NCBI GenBank assembly: GCA_963706285.1
Contig: CAVPLU010000012.1
Coordinates: 1-64,000 of the forward strand
DNA length: 64,000 nt
Direction: 5' to 3'
From: Candidatus Bathyarchaeota archaeon
GTDB lineage: Archaea; Thermoproteota; Bathyarchaeia; 40CM-2-53-6
The position numbers were made by a program, and so were the translations under genes. Shown here one piece after another: positions 1 through 8,860 of this stretch. Within the stretch, counting starts at the first letter, position 1. The number at the start of each line of letters is the position of its first letter. Below the pieces are notes generated by a model. The model was not told the DNA's origin, did not search any database, and was given only the letters and a program-made list of their open reading frames with translations.

Positions 1-10
1 ACACTATTAT

Positions 11-1333
11 ATGTCCGACATAAACTCTGGATCGCAAAGCGCGGAACGACGAGAAAAAATGAGTGCCGAAGAAGCAGATCTGCAAGAGAACGACGACGAA
101 GTCATCAACTGGCAACCGGAGGTTAACATCGGTACTCTCGGGCATGTTGACAACGGCAAGAGCACCCTCGTCCAGTCTCTAACTGGCGTATGGACATCAA
201 GACACTCTGAAGAACTGAGACGCGGCATTACTATCAGAATCGGATACGCCGACGTCTTCATCTACAGATGCCCAAAATGCAAACCCCCCCATAACTACAC
301 GACGACCCCGAAATGCCCTCACTGTGGCTCGGAGACAAAGTTCAAGCGCGGTGTGAGCTTCGTTGATTGCCCCGGCCATCACAGTCTCATGGTGACCATG
401 CTATCGGGCGCCGCCTTAATGGACGGTGCATTGTTCGTGGCTGCAAGTAATGTCAAGTTCCCTCAAGCTCAGGATCGTGAACACCTTCTCGCCGCACAAA
501 TGGTCGGTATTCAACGGATCGTAGTGATACAGAACAAGATCGACATAGTTGACCGCGCCAGAGCAATCGAGAATTATGAGGAGATCAAATCCTTCGTTAA
601 GAACACGATTGCAGCCGAAAGCCCGATAATTCCGGTGTCATCCCAGCATGCTGCAAATACCGACGTAGTTCTATACGAAATGGAGAAACGTATCCCGACG
701 CCAAAACGGGACCCGAACGCGCCCCCACGCATGTACGTTCTGAGATCCTTTGACATCAACAAACCTGGCACAGAAATTGACGACTTACATGGCGGAGTTC
801 TCGGAGGTTCAATCATGCAAGGCACCTTCAAAGTAGGGGACGAGATAGAGATCAAGCCAGGGCTGCCGATCGAGACAGGCGGGAAGACCCGATACGAGTC
901 GCTCACGTCGAAAATAACGAGCTTGAACATCTCAAAAGGGACTGTCCCTGAAGCTCGAAGCGGAGGTCTTGTCGGAATTGGAACGTCCCTAGATCCATCG
1001 TTGACAAAATCGGACGGTCTTGTAGGAAGTGTGGTGGGTAAGGTTGGAGATCTTCCACCTGTTCTCGACAAGATAACAGCTGAAGTGGCCCTCTTCGAAA
1101 GAGCGGTTGGGACAGAGCAGCTTGTCCCAGTCGACAAGATCAAAACCAACGAACCATTGGTCTTGAACGTAGGGACAGCCGTCACATCAGGCATCGTCAC
1201 ATCCGCACGAGGCAACATAGTAGATGTGGGGCTCAAGAAACCCGTATGCCCGATGCCAGGGTTCAAGATCGCAGTAAGCAGGCGAATCGGCGATAGTTGG
1301 CGTCTCATCGGGTTCGGCACGTTAAAGGGATAG
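11..1333 (+). CDS. eif2g: Translation initiation factor 2 gamma subunit (aIF2-gamma)
   Basis: QPEVNIGTLGHVDNGKS G1 motif, EELRRGITIRIGYA, Zn knuckle CxxC..CxxC, DCPGH, QNKID, C-terminal WRLIGFG; start could be ATG at 59. Confidence 0.97.
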   Translation: MSDINSGSQSAERREKMSAEEADLQENDDEVINWQPEVNIGTLGHVDNGKSTLVQSLTGVWTSRHSEELRRGITIRIGYADVFIYRCPKCKPPHNYTTTPKCPHCGSETKFKRGVSFVDCPGHHSLMVTMLSGAALMDGALFVAASNVKFPQAQDREHLLAAQMVGIQRIVVIQNKIDIVDRARAIENYEEIKSFVKNTIAAESPIIPVSSQHAANTDVVLYEMEKRIPTPKRDPNAPPRMYVLRSFDINKPGTEIDDLHGGVLGGSIMQGTFKVGDEIEIKPGLPIETGGKTRYESLTSKITSLNISKGTVPEARSGGLVGIGTSLDPSLTKSDGLVGSVVGKVGDLPPVLDKITAEVALFERAVGTEQLVPVDKIKTNEPLVLNVGTAVTSGIVTSARGNIVDVGLKKPVCPMPGFKIAVSRRIGDSWRLIGFGTLKG

Positions 1334-1336
1334 CAT

Positions 1337-1744
1337 GTGCCCGTCACTGTCTGCTTTGACACTAGCCTCCTGATGATGGCAGCGAAATTCCACATAGACG
1401 TTGTTTCAGAAGCAGAGAGGGTAATTGAAAAGAGAGTAGAGTTCACTGTTCCCGACCTGGTCGTTCGCGAACTAGAAAGACTTGCCAAAAGCCCCGGTCC
1501 TCCGGGACGCGATGCAAGAGTGGCACTGGAACTGATCTCAAGGCGACAGATCCACAGCATGACAACCGCAGAGCGCTCGAACGCTGACAGAGCGCTGATC
1601 GAAGCCTCAAAGCGCCCGAACTTGGTTGTCGCGACTGCCGACATGGATCTCCGAAGAACGATAAGAGATGACCGAAAACCAGTGATATTCCTCAGAGAAA
1701 AGGCTAAGTTGGAGCTTGATGGCATTGAGCCAAGCTACTGGTAG
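1337..1744 (+). CDS. PIN-domain protein (Fcf1/Utp24-like)
   Basis: N-terminal DTS, V..EL, AD..L, VATAD..L PIN acidic residues; conserved position after eif2g. Confidence 0.88.
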   Translation: MPVTVCFDTSLLMMAAKFHIDVVSEAERVIEKRVEFTVPDLVVRELERLAKSPGPPGRDARVALELISRRQIHSMTTAERSNADRALIEASKRPNLVVATADMDLRRTIRDDRKPVIFLREKAKLELDGIEPSYW

Positions 1745-1783
1745 AAAACGGAAAGCATACTGCAACAAAAAGCGGAGATAGTC

Positions 1784-2359
1784 TTGTTCAGAATCTTAAC
1801 GGTCGAAGACATAGTCAGGATCCCACCAAAGAGTTTCGGGAATCCGATTGACAAGGCCGCGAGGGACCAGGTGAAGCTCAAGTACGAGAACATCGTTGAC
1901 GAGCAACTTGGATACGCAGTCTTCGTGGTAGACGTGACTGTAGACCCAATAGGCAAAATTCTTCCGGGCGACGGGTCCACTTACCATAGGGTCACCTTCA
2001 AGCTCCTTAGTTTCTATCCTGAGATGCATGAAGTGGTTGAAGGAGAAGTTGTTGAGGTCACTGATTTCGGTGCATTCGTCAGGATCGGACCAGAAGACGC
2101 GCTGCTTCATGTTTCACAGATCATGGATGACTACATCTCATACGACGAGAAACATGGCGTTCTTGTCGGAAAAGAGAGTCAGAGAAAGATCGCCAAAGGC
2201 GATTTTGTGAGAGGCCGGATAATCGCCGTTAGTTTTCCGCGTGGAGGTATGGGCGGCAAGATTGGAATAACGATGCGGCAACCGTTCCTAGGAAAGATCG
2301 ACTGGATCGATCAGGATATTCGTCGAGCAAAAGGACCTAGAGAGGAGAAAGCGGCTTGA
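1784..2359 (+). CDS. rpoE1: DNA-directed RNA polymerase subunit Rpo7 (RpoE')
   Basis: VRIPP, GKILPGDG, S1 domain FGAFVRIGPEDALLHVSQI, MRQPFLGK. Confidence 0.97.
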   Translation: MFRILTVEDIVRIPPKSFGNPIDKAARDQVKLKYENIVDEQLGYAVFVVDVTVDPIGKILPGDGSTYHRVTFKLLSFYPEMHEVVEGEVVEVTDFGAFVRIGPEDALLHVSQIMDDYISYDEKHGVLVGKESQRKIAKGDFVRGRIIAVSFPRGGMGGKIGITMRQPFLGKIDWIDQDIRRAKGPREEKAA

Positions 2360-2541
2360 GGGAGAAAGCCTGCAAGAACTGCAAATACATCAGCAACGGA
2401 CAGGTTTGCCCCAACTGCAAATCCACCAACTTGAGCGATGACTGGACCGGACTAGTGATCATTATGGACCCAGGAAGATCAGAGATTGCTAAGAAGATGG
2501 GAATCAAGTCGCCCGGACGATATGCCGTACGAGTCCGATAG
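2356..2541 (+). CDS. spt4: Transcription elongation factor Spt4 (RpoE'')
   Basis: ACKNC..CPNC Zn ribbon, W.GLVII.DP..SEIAKK.GI..PGRYA; overlaps rpoE1 stop. Confidence 0.95.
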   Translation: MREKACKNCKYISNGQVCPNCKSTNLSDDWTGLVIIMDPGRSEIAKKMGIKSPGRYAVRVR

Positions 2542-2571
2542 TTCGCAAATCTCGAAAATGCTGGTCACAAT

Positions 2572-3090
2572 TTGCCAAAGCTAGTCCTGACCCAGGACTT
2601 GCGAAATTCTCTCAAGAAACCACTTGGAAAGCTCCTCCGAGGATCAGGCCCCGACATCTACGACCAACTCGCAGCAACGATATCGGTGAAGAACCCACCA
2701 TGCGTTATCTTTGTTGGAGATTCAGTCTCACAGAAAGCACACAGCAAAGGAATCCGCAGAGACGTTATGATCATCGACAACAAAGAGAAGAGAGGCCAAA
2801 TAGAACCTCTCGAGGCCGTCAAGACTAGAACATTCCGCGTTCGAAACGATCCAGGGACGATTGGCTCAGAAGCATGGGCGGCCGTCGACGAGGCAATTGA
2901 ATCCAAAGATGCAATTATGATCGTTGACGGAGAAGAGGATCTCCTAACCCTAGTCGCGATGGCAGTCGCCCCTCTTGGATCCTTTGTAGTATACGGTCAA
3001 CCCAACGAAGGGCTAGTAATAGTCGAAGTTGACGATACAACGAGAAAGACGGCTTGGTGCTTCCTAGAAGCGATGACGAAAACCGCTTAG
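2572..3090 (+). CDS. GTP-dependent dephospho-CoA kinase (DUF359 family)
   Basis: LKKPLGKL, VGD.VS, IIDNKEKR, N.PGTI, VDGEEDLL, VVYGQP.EG motifs; conserved synteny after spt4. Confidence 0.92.
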   Translation: MPKLVLTQDLRNSLKKPLGKLLRGSGPDIYDQLAATISVKNPPCVIFVGDSVSQKAHSKGIRRDVMIIDNKEKRGQIEPLEAVKTRTFRVRNDPGTIGSEAWAAVDEAIESKDAIMIVDGEEDLLTLVAMAVAPLGSFVVYGQPNEGLVIVEVDDTTRKTAWCFLEAMTKTA

Positions 3091-3296
3091 ACGGAGCTCT
3101 TTTTCTCCACGTAATCAGTGAAACTGCAGGATCCGCATGTCCATCGTTCCACCGGACTCTTGTGGTGGGCCATGAAGTTACCACATCTCGGGCATTTCTT
3201 GTTCTTGAGCTTAGCCTGTCCTTTCACCGCATCAAGATCATAGAGCTTGGAAGCTCTAGCCTCGTGCTCCTTTTTTGCAGCTTGCTGCTCACTCAT
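3087..3296 (-). CDS. rps27ae: 30S ribosomal protein S27ae
   Basis: KKCPRCG.FMA.H...RWTCGSC Zn ribbon. Confidence 0.95.
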   Translation of the reverse strand: MSEQQAAKKEHEARASKLYDLDAVKGQAKLKNKKCPRCGNFMAHHKSPVERWTCGSCSFTDYVEKKSSV

Positions 3297-3309
3297 TGGT
3301 GCTTACCCA

Positions 3310-3756
3310 CTATTTGGCCTGCTTCGCGGCCTCATCCTTCTTTGCTTCCGGTTTCGCCGCAGGTTTTGCTTCGCTCTCTTTGGAGGGCTTCGCCTCTCGC
3401 TTCTCCGCAGGCTTAGCGGCCTTTTCTGGCTTCTCAGCTTTCGCTTCCTTCAGCTTGGCGCGTTCCTCAGGCGGCAGGTTCCTAACTGCCAGGTACTCAG
3501 GCACAGTCGATGAGGCGACGCGTGGATCTTCGTAAACCTGCAGTAAACAGGTGCTCCTCTGTAGGCCGGTTGATGCATCAAGAGACACCACGAAAATGTT
3601 CTCGATCTTCGTGTTCAGCTTGGAAGCCATTCGTTTCCTTATCTCAAATCGCTGCGGAGTTCCCTCTCCCGTATGCTCGATCTCAAGTGTAATGTCCTTT
3701 CTCTTTAGCACGGGGTTGTAGGACTCATTGTTCACTTTGATTTCCATTGTCGTCAC
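3310..3756 (-). CDS. rps24e: 30S ribosomal protein S24e with K/A/E/P-rich C-terminal tail
   Basis: NPVLKRKDI, H.GEGTP.R, EYLAVRN; upstream of rps27ae. Confidence 0.93.
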   Translation of the reverse strand: MTTMEIKVNNESYNPVLKRKDITLEIEHTGEGTPQRFEIRKRMASKLNTKIENIFVVSLDASTGLQRSTCLLQVYEDPRVASSTVPEYLAVRNLPPEERAKLKEAKAEKPEKAAKPAEKREAKPSKESEAKPAAKPEAKKDEAAKQAK

Positions 3757-3759
3757 AGC

Positions 3760-4248
3760 CTACTTTTTCCTTTTGATTTTCTTGGGAGGCTTCTTGGACG
3801 GTTTTGGCTTTCGCACCTTGGCCTCAGGGGCCTTTGACGGGGTTGGAGCTGGCTTGACCTCCGGTTCCTTGACTGGGGCGGGTTTCTCTTCCGGTGCCAC
3901 TTCTCCGGTGAAGATCATGGTATTGACTTGGTACGTTTCATCCGTTATCATTGACCCTCGGATGAGTTTTCTTCTGCGTTCCCCCTGACTCGTTGACCTA
4001 AACCCAACTCCGCCTGAGAGAACTACGTATTTCTTTCCGCCGCCATGAACGTCTGCTCGCATGGGAATGCCATCCTTGTCGCATCCACCCGTAATTTTCA
4101 GTTTGGTGCCGGAGAATCCTATCTGGGACCCGTCTACGATGTCTCCGATGTTCCGACCAACGAGAATTTGAGCTCTCGCTCCTTCAAGCTCCGCTACGGA
4201 AGCTTTTCGTGTCTGCGGGTCCGACACAATCATCTTGAACTTTGCCAT
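3760..4248 (-). CDS. rps6e: 30S ribosomal protein S6e with K/P-rich C-terminal tail
   Basis: FKMIVSDP, LKITGGCDKDGIPMR.DV.G, GERRRK..RG; start set at ATG 4248 by family N-terminus. Confidence 0.95.
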   Translation of the reverse strand: MAKFKMIVSDPQTRKASVAELEGARAQILVGRNIGDIVDGSQIGFSGTKLKITGGCDKDGIPMRADVHGGGKKYVVLSGGVGFRSTSQGERRRKLIRGSMITDETYQVNTMIFTGEVAPEEKPAPVKEPEVKPAPTPSKAPEAKVRKPKPSKKPPKKIKRKK

Positions 4249-4619
4249 GATGTACACCAAACCGGAGCGAAGTTGTAGATACGCAAAGTCAGGCGTTTCG
4301 TCGCCTTTTTCCATGTAAACGGGGCTTTCTGAGCCGTTTTCTTCATATCCTATTACCCCATTCCTGCTTTGGTACTACCCTTCGCGTTCCTAGACGGTGC
4401 CGTAGATGCTCCAGACCTCTATAAGCATTTCAAGAGATCGTTGTCACCTAACCACCTCACCGCACACGAGACATAGGAAAGCTACCGCATGTTCGCTTTT
4501 GAATCGGACCATCTCCTGAAGCATGGGATGCTCACACCCACCCAAATATGGAATTGGAGTCATACGAACGAGAATTGTCTGACTTCAAGAAAAGCCGATG
4601 ACGCGACTGGAACTGCTAA

Positions 4620-5213
4620 GTGACTGTGAAGGCAGTTTCACAGGTGTTAATTCAGCTTCGGTTGCTTGCGCGTTTCGAGTTCCTTGATTGCACTTCCGGA
4701 CTCCGCGTTTTGATAGCATTGTATTATTTGTTGAATCTTGGGATTGGAACCGCGACGGTCATTGTTAACTTCACTTCCGCTCCCGGACGTGCGTCTGCCG
4801 GTTCAGTATCTTACTTTGACGTTGCAAGCGTTGGTTCTTCAAGTTCGAATAATGGGGCAGGTAGTCCGGCGTCGATCGATGTGAGTTCTAATGCGGGCCA
4901 GCTTGTTGTGGACATCATTAGTGCCGGGTTGAATGCTTCGCCACTTACTGTTGGGTCAGGTCAGACCTCACGTTGGCAATGGTCTACTGTTGGAGCTATG
5001 AGCGACAAGATCGGGGATTCACCTGTTACGACGATGACGTGGACTCTTGCAGGAGGCACTCCCGCACCGCCCGCGAAAATGGGTCCACCAGTCGGCGGCT
5101 TCGTGGAACCCGTCAACAAACTCGGCATAGTCGCGCCATACTTGGCACTATTCGGAGCTATTGCAGCCGTCGCAATCGTTGTCGTGAAACCGTCGAAGAA
5201 ACGTGGCAACTGA
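4620..5213 (+). CDS. Probably 5'-truncated surface protein with PVGG-type C-terminal membrane anchor
   Basis: Ser/Gly-rich beta-type region, Pro linker, then PVGGFVEPVNKLGIVAPYLALFG + TM + KKR; no clear signal peptide or start. Confidence 0.55.
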   Translation: MTVKAVSQVLIQLRLLARFEFLDCTSGLRVLIALYYLLNLGIGTATVIVNFTSAPGRASAGSVSYFDVASVGSSSSNNGAGSPASIDVSSNAGQLVVDIISAGLNASPLTVGSGQTSRWQWSTVGAMSDKIGDSPVTTMTWTLAGGTPAPPAKMGPPVGGFVEPVNKLGIVAPYLALFGAIAAVAIVVVKPSKKRGN

Positions 5214-5643
5214 GAACTCCCCTGTCGCGCGAGATCCGCCTCTCGCGCATCGTTCGCTATTGTTCTTTCAAATTCTCTCCAATTTCTCGACGTTGTGACA
5301 TCCAGGGAATGTGTATAGGAGTACTAAGGTATGTGTGGGAGCGTACGGTAGAATCTCAGTTTCTATGATTCTATTATGCTTGGGTTTTTTCTTCGATTGC
5401 TTTTCATGTAGTGTTCCGCTTGCTGTTTGGTGTGAAGCATCTGCCAGAGATGTTCCTCGCCTGCTGTTCTCATTGGTGTTCCGCAGTGTGTGCTTTATAT
5501 TCAGAGTCTAAGATGCTGCTATCATATCGTCACTGAGCTTGGCGATGATGATGCTAGCGATTATTGTTGTTGCGAGCTTCTTCCTTACAAGCAGGTCCTT
5601 GTCGCTGTTAGGAGTTTTCTTCAAGCTGCTCTAGGCCACGCAA

Positions 5644-6243
5644 TTGATTCTCACTATAAGAACCATCCTATTGGAGTCCGTAGCTCTAGTGGCGATAGTA
5701 ACCATATTCGTCTCGACCTGTGTTGGAATAGCGACGGCTAATGTACCCACCATCGTCAGCGTTGAGAACACCTCGTACCCGTATCGGGGTGAATTTTGGA
5801 TGTGGCACAAAGATGAATGGCTTGTCTATGTCAAGGTTCAGATTGATCATGCCAATCCAACTCCTGCTCATTATGTCGATTGGATAGAGGTCGACTTTAT
5901 GGGAGACCCCCAGCAGTTCCAGATGGATCCGCAACCTAGTAACCCATTCAGCGTGGAATTGTATCTGGGAACTCTTCTAGAATGGCAACTTTCGAATGAA
6001 CCAGCGGCCAAGGTTAGGGTACACTGCACTACGCATGGATGGAGTGCTTGGTCGAATCCAGTGCCTATTCCAGAGTTCCCAGCAGCAACCATTGTGGCTT
6101 TCACAGCACTAGCCGCGTCATTGTTCATACTAGAAGGAAAGCCGACCATGGCTCAATTGCGAAAAACAACAGGCAAGCGTACACGTGTAGCTCTTGCCGC
6201 GGCTTATATTTCGCGCATAATCAGAGAATCAAACGCGGCATGA
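5644..6243 (+). CDS. Secreted superoxide-reductase(neelaredoxin)-like protein with PEF-CTERM-like anchor
   Basis: Signal peptide; H-x6-HYVDWIEV and CTTHGW motifs; IPEFP + hydrophobic segment. Confidence 0.6.
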   Translation: MILTIRTILLESVALVAIVTIFVSTCVGIATANVPTIVSVENTSYPYRGEFWMWHKDEWLVYVKVQIDHANPTPAHYVDWIEVDFMGDPQQFQMDPQPSNPFSVELYLGTLLEWQLSNEPAAKVRVHCTTHGWSAWSNPVPIPEFPAATIVAFTALAASLFILEGKPTMAQLRKTTGKRTRVALAAAYISRIIRESNAA

Positions 6244-6583
6244 TGCAGAGGATTGGCCTTTGCTTAATCTTCAATACCTTACCACAACTACTGCATCGCC
6301 ACCTATCATAGACGGGCAATCCGAATGCCTTTCTTAACTCGTCTTCAACCCTATTCACCAACGAGTTATCGACAGCCTCGAAAAGGGGTCTGGCACAGCA
6401 ATTGAGAGAACTCTTTTCGACGGTCAGCCTAATCACCAAGAGATGAACCGGCGAGTTCACGATCTTAAGATTGACTTAACACATGCACACAGATACAGCA
6501 GCCTACCATTGCCTCTCTATCCTAAAGATACAACGCTTTGTGCTCAGCGTCGATGCTACTGCAACACACACTCACAGCAGCAG

Positions 6584-6784
6584 TCAATCTAGAAAGCTAG
6601 GTGTCAAGGAACTGCAACCTAGATCGTTTATCCACATGTGTCCGCAAGTATAACATTGGAGTAGTGCCGGCGAATCCTCATGAACGTCACCTGAATCACA
6701 TTTGGGGCAGTGCTCTTTGAAGTCGACAATGTTCAGGGACAAGATGCGACTCACGTGCCAAGTACGCTCCTGTCGGTGCGGCAT
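6584..6784 (-). CDS. Small Zn-ribbon protein (paralog of 43051-43206)
   Basis: CPKC-x13-CYTCGHMW; aligns without gaps to the 43051 ORF including the C-terminal SLTPS.LD; start uncertain. Confidence 0.7.
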   Translation of the reverse strand: MPHRQERTWHVSRILSLNIVDFKEHCPKCDSGDVHEDSPALLQCYTCGHMWINDLGCSSLTPSFLD

Positions 6785-6994
6785 AAGGCATCCGTGACAC
6801 TATCCAGTCATTGTATGACAAATGTGTAAAAGGTCAGAAATGTCCCGCATTTCTTGCCAAGTTGTGTAGGATCAAGACGAGCGAACAGCAGGAAACGTGT
6901 ACAGCTGTAGGAAACGAACCCCAAAAACCAAGCATGAATCTTCTCGCGCCGTGTGCTTTATCTGGGGTTTCTGGTGATCTAGGCGGAGGTAAGT

Positions 6995-7249
6995 TTGATG
7001 ACTGTATGGAAATGTTCAGCTCCAATGTGCAGCAAGGACGCGGAGGTCATGGCTGCCGGTACGTCCTTATGTAAGGAACATGGTGGCGAGATTGCCAATC
7101 TCCTTTACACGCTGATGGGGGCGAGGTATCAGAGAGAAATGATGCAGGGAATGCCACAAGAAACAATGATGGCGAAAAGGATGGAAGAAGAGGACAAACG
7201 CAAAGCAACGGAGAAAGCGACAAGCGGCCCCGCTAAGGAGAAGGTATAG
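6995..7249 (+). CDS. Small hypothetical protein, putative C3H Zn-binding
   Basis: GGAGGT SD just upstream; C-x4-C...LC-x2-H motif. Confidence 0.6.
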   Translation: MMTVWKCSAPMCSKDAEVMAAGTSLCKEHGGEIANLLYTLMGARYQREMMQGMPQETMMAKRMEEEDKRKATEKATSGPAKEKV

Positions 7250-7383
7250 CAGCAGCCTAGAGTACATGAACAGCAGAAGAATACATGAGCGATTAGAGCA
7301 AGGTACGGGAAGCGTCAAGCGAATCCACTTTAGCCATACTCGCCTACCCTTCCAAACCCTAGACCGAACACTAGCTGCCGAAG

Positions 7384-8823
7384 TCAATAACGGAGATGGG
7401 TCTCGCCCATCAGCCACTTGTCGATACCCCGCGCCGCGGCACGCCCCTCCGCAATGGCCCACACTACCAAGGACTGGCCACGGGCCATGTCGCCTGCTGT
7501 GAAAACACCTGGACTGCTAGTCATCTTGTTCTCGTCTGCCCACACGGTGCCCCGGTCAGTCATCTTCACATCCAGCTGCTCGAGCAGTGCGTTTCTCTCA
7601 GGGCCGAGGAAGCCTAGAGCCAGCAGAACCAGGTCAACTTCCACCTCGAACTCACTGCCGGACCTGTCCTTTGGCACCAGCCTGCCCGAGGGATCCTTGG
7701 TCCAATCCAGGCGAATGGCATGAAGCTTCTCAACATGGCCATTGCGTCCGGTGAAGCTCTTTGTCTGGATCGAATAGTCGCGGATTCCTCCTTCTTCATG
7801 AGCAGAGTGTGAGCGCATGATGTTCGACCACTGGGGCCAAGGATTCTCCGGGGCTCGCAGGTCAGGTGGACGCGGTAGCAGTTCGAACTGGTGGACAGTC
7901 TTAGCTCCTTGCCTGTGAGCCGTGCCCAGGCAATCCGCACCGGTGTCGCCGCCGCCCAAGATGATGACGCGCTTGTCTTTGGCGGTTATGAAGTGGTCGT
8001 CAGAGATTATGTCGCCAGCGTTGCGTCGGTTCTGCATTCGTAGGTAATCCATGGCGAAGTAGATTCCTTTGAGGTCTCTCCCCGGAATCATGAGATCGCG
8101 CGGCTGCGTCGCGCCGCCGCACAGGACGATGGCATCAAAGTTCTTGCGCACTTGCTCGACTGGATAGTTCACGCCCACATTGGTGTTCGTGCGGAACACA
8201 ACTCCCTCGTTCTCCATGAGTTTGAGTTGGCGTTGCACTACCCACTTCTCGAGCTTAAACTCCGGGATGCCATAGGTCAGCAGGCCACCAATCCGGTCGT
8301 CGCGTTCGAAGATCGTTACTTGGTGCCCCACGCGGCGCAGCTGCTGGGCACACGCAAGGCCTGAGGGTCCCGATCCGATGACTGCCACGCGTTTGCCGGT
8401 TTCCACCTTTGGGGGTTGTGGAACCAACCATCCCTCTTTGAATGCGTGTTCGACGATGTTCAACTCAATGTTCGCGATAGTCACTGGACTCTTTGAAAGA
8501 GCCAGCACACACGAATCCTCGCAGGGGGCTGGGCATACCCGGCCAGTGAACTCGGGAAAGTTGTTCGTGGCATGGAGTCGGTCGATGGCATATCGCCATC
8601 GGTCGCGGTAGATGAGGTCGTTCCATTCAGGAATCAGGTTTCCAAGCGGGCAGCCGTTGTTGCAGAAGGGAACGCCGCAGTCCATGCAACGTGCTCCCTG
8701 ATCTTGGAGCTCCTTCCGCTGAATTTGAAGGTAAACCTCCTTCCAGTCTCTGACGCGTTCTGGGATGGGGCGCCGGCGAGGCGAGACACGCTCAATCTGA
8801 AGAAATCCTTTGGGGTTACCCAT
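7384..8823 (-). CDS. gltD: Glutamate synthase small (NAD(P)H) subunit
   Basis: RCMDCGVPFC..GCP, NNFPEFTGRVCPAPCE, GSGPSG, GGGDTGADC, GDMARGQSLVVWAI. Confidence 0.97.
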   Translation of the reverse strand: MGNPKGFLQIERVSPRRRPIPERVRDWKEVYLQIQRKELQDQGARCMDCGVPFCNNGCPLGNLIPEWNDLIYRDRWRYAIDRLHATNNFPEFTGRVCPAPCEDSCVLALSKSPVTIANIELNIVEHAFKEGWLVPQPPKVETGKRVAVIGSGPSGLACAQQLRRVGHQVTIFERDDRIGGLLTYGIPEFKLEKWVVQRQLKLMENEGVVFRTNTNVGVNYPVEQVRKNFDAIVLCGGATQPRDLMIPGRDLKGIYFAMDYLRMQNRRNAGDIISDDHFITAKDKRVIILGGGDTGADCLGTAHRQGAKTVHQFELLPRPPDLRAPENPWPQWSNIMRSHSAHEEGGIRDYSIQTKSFTGRNGHVEKLHAIRLDWTKDPSGRLVPKDRSGSEFEVEVDLVLLALGFLGPERNALLEQLDVKMTDRGTVWADENKMTSSPGVFTAGDMARGQSLVVWAIAEGRAAARGIDKWLMGETHLRY

Positions 8824-8860
8824 TATGCATCCCTGATTTTCGGAGTCATATCGCTCGCCT

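Noticed and set aside
574-1725. 383-aa antisense ORF and many similar shadow ORFs over gltB, etf, mutases and cdv
   Set aside because: They lie opposite well-supported genes and have no motifs.
5214-5640. Compositionally skewed stretch, possible IS remnant
   Set aside because: No transposase motif or paired terminal repeats could be identified.
6221-6460. Cys-containing minus-strand ORF
   Set aside because: Only one CxxC, uncertain start and no supporting homolog in the window.
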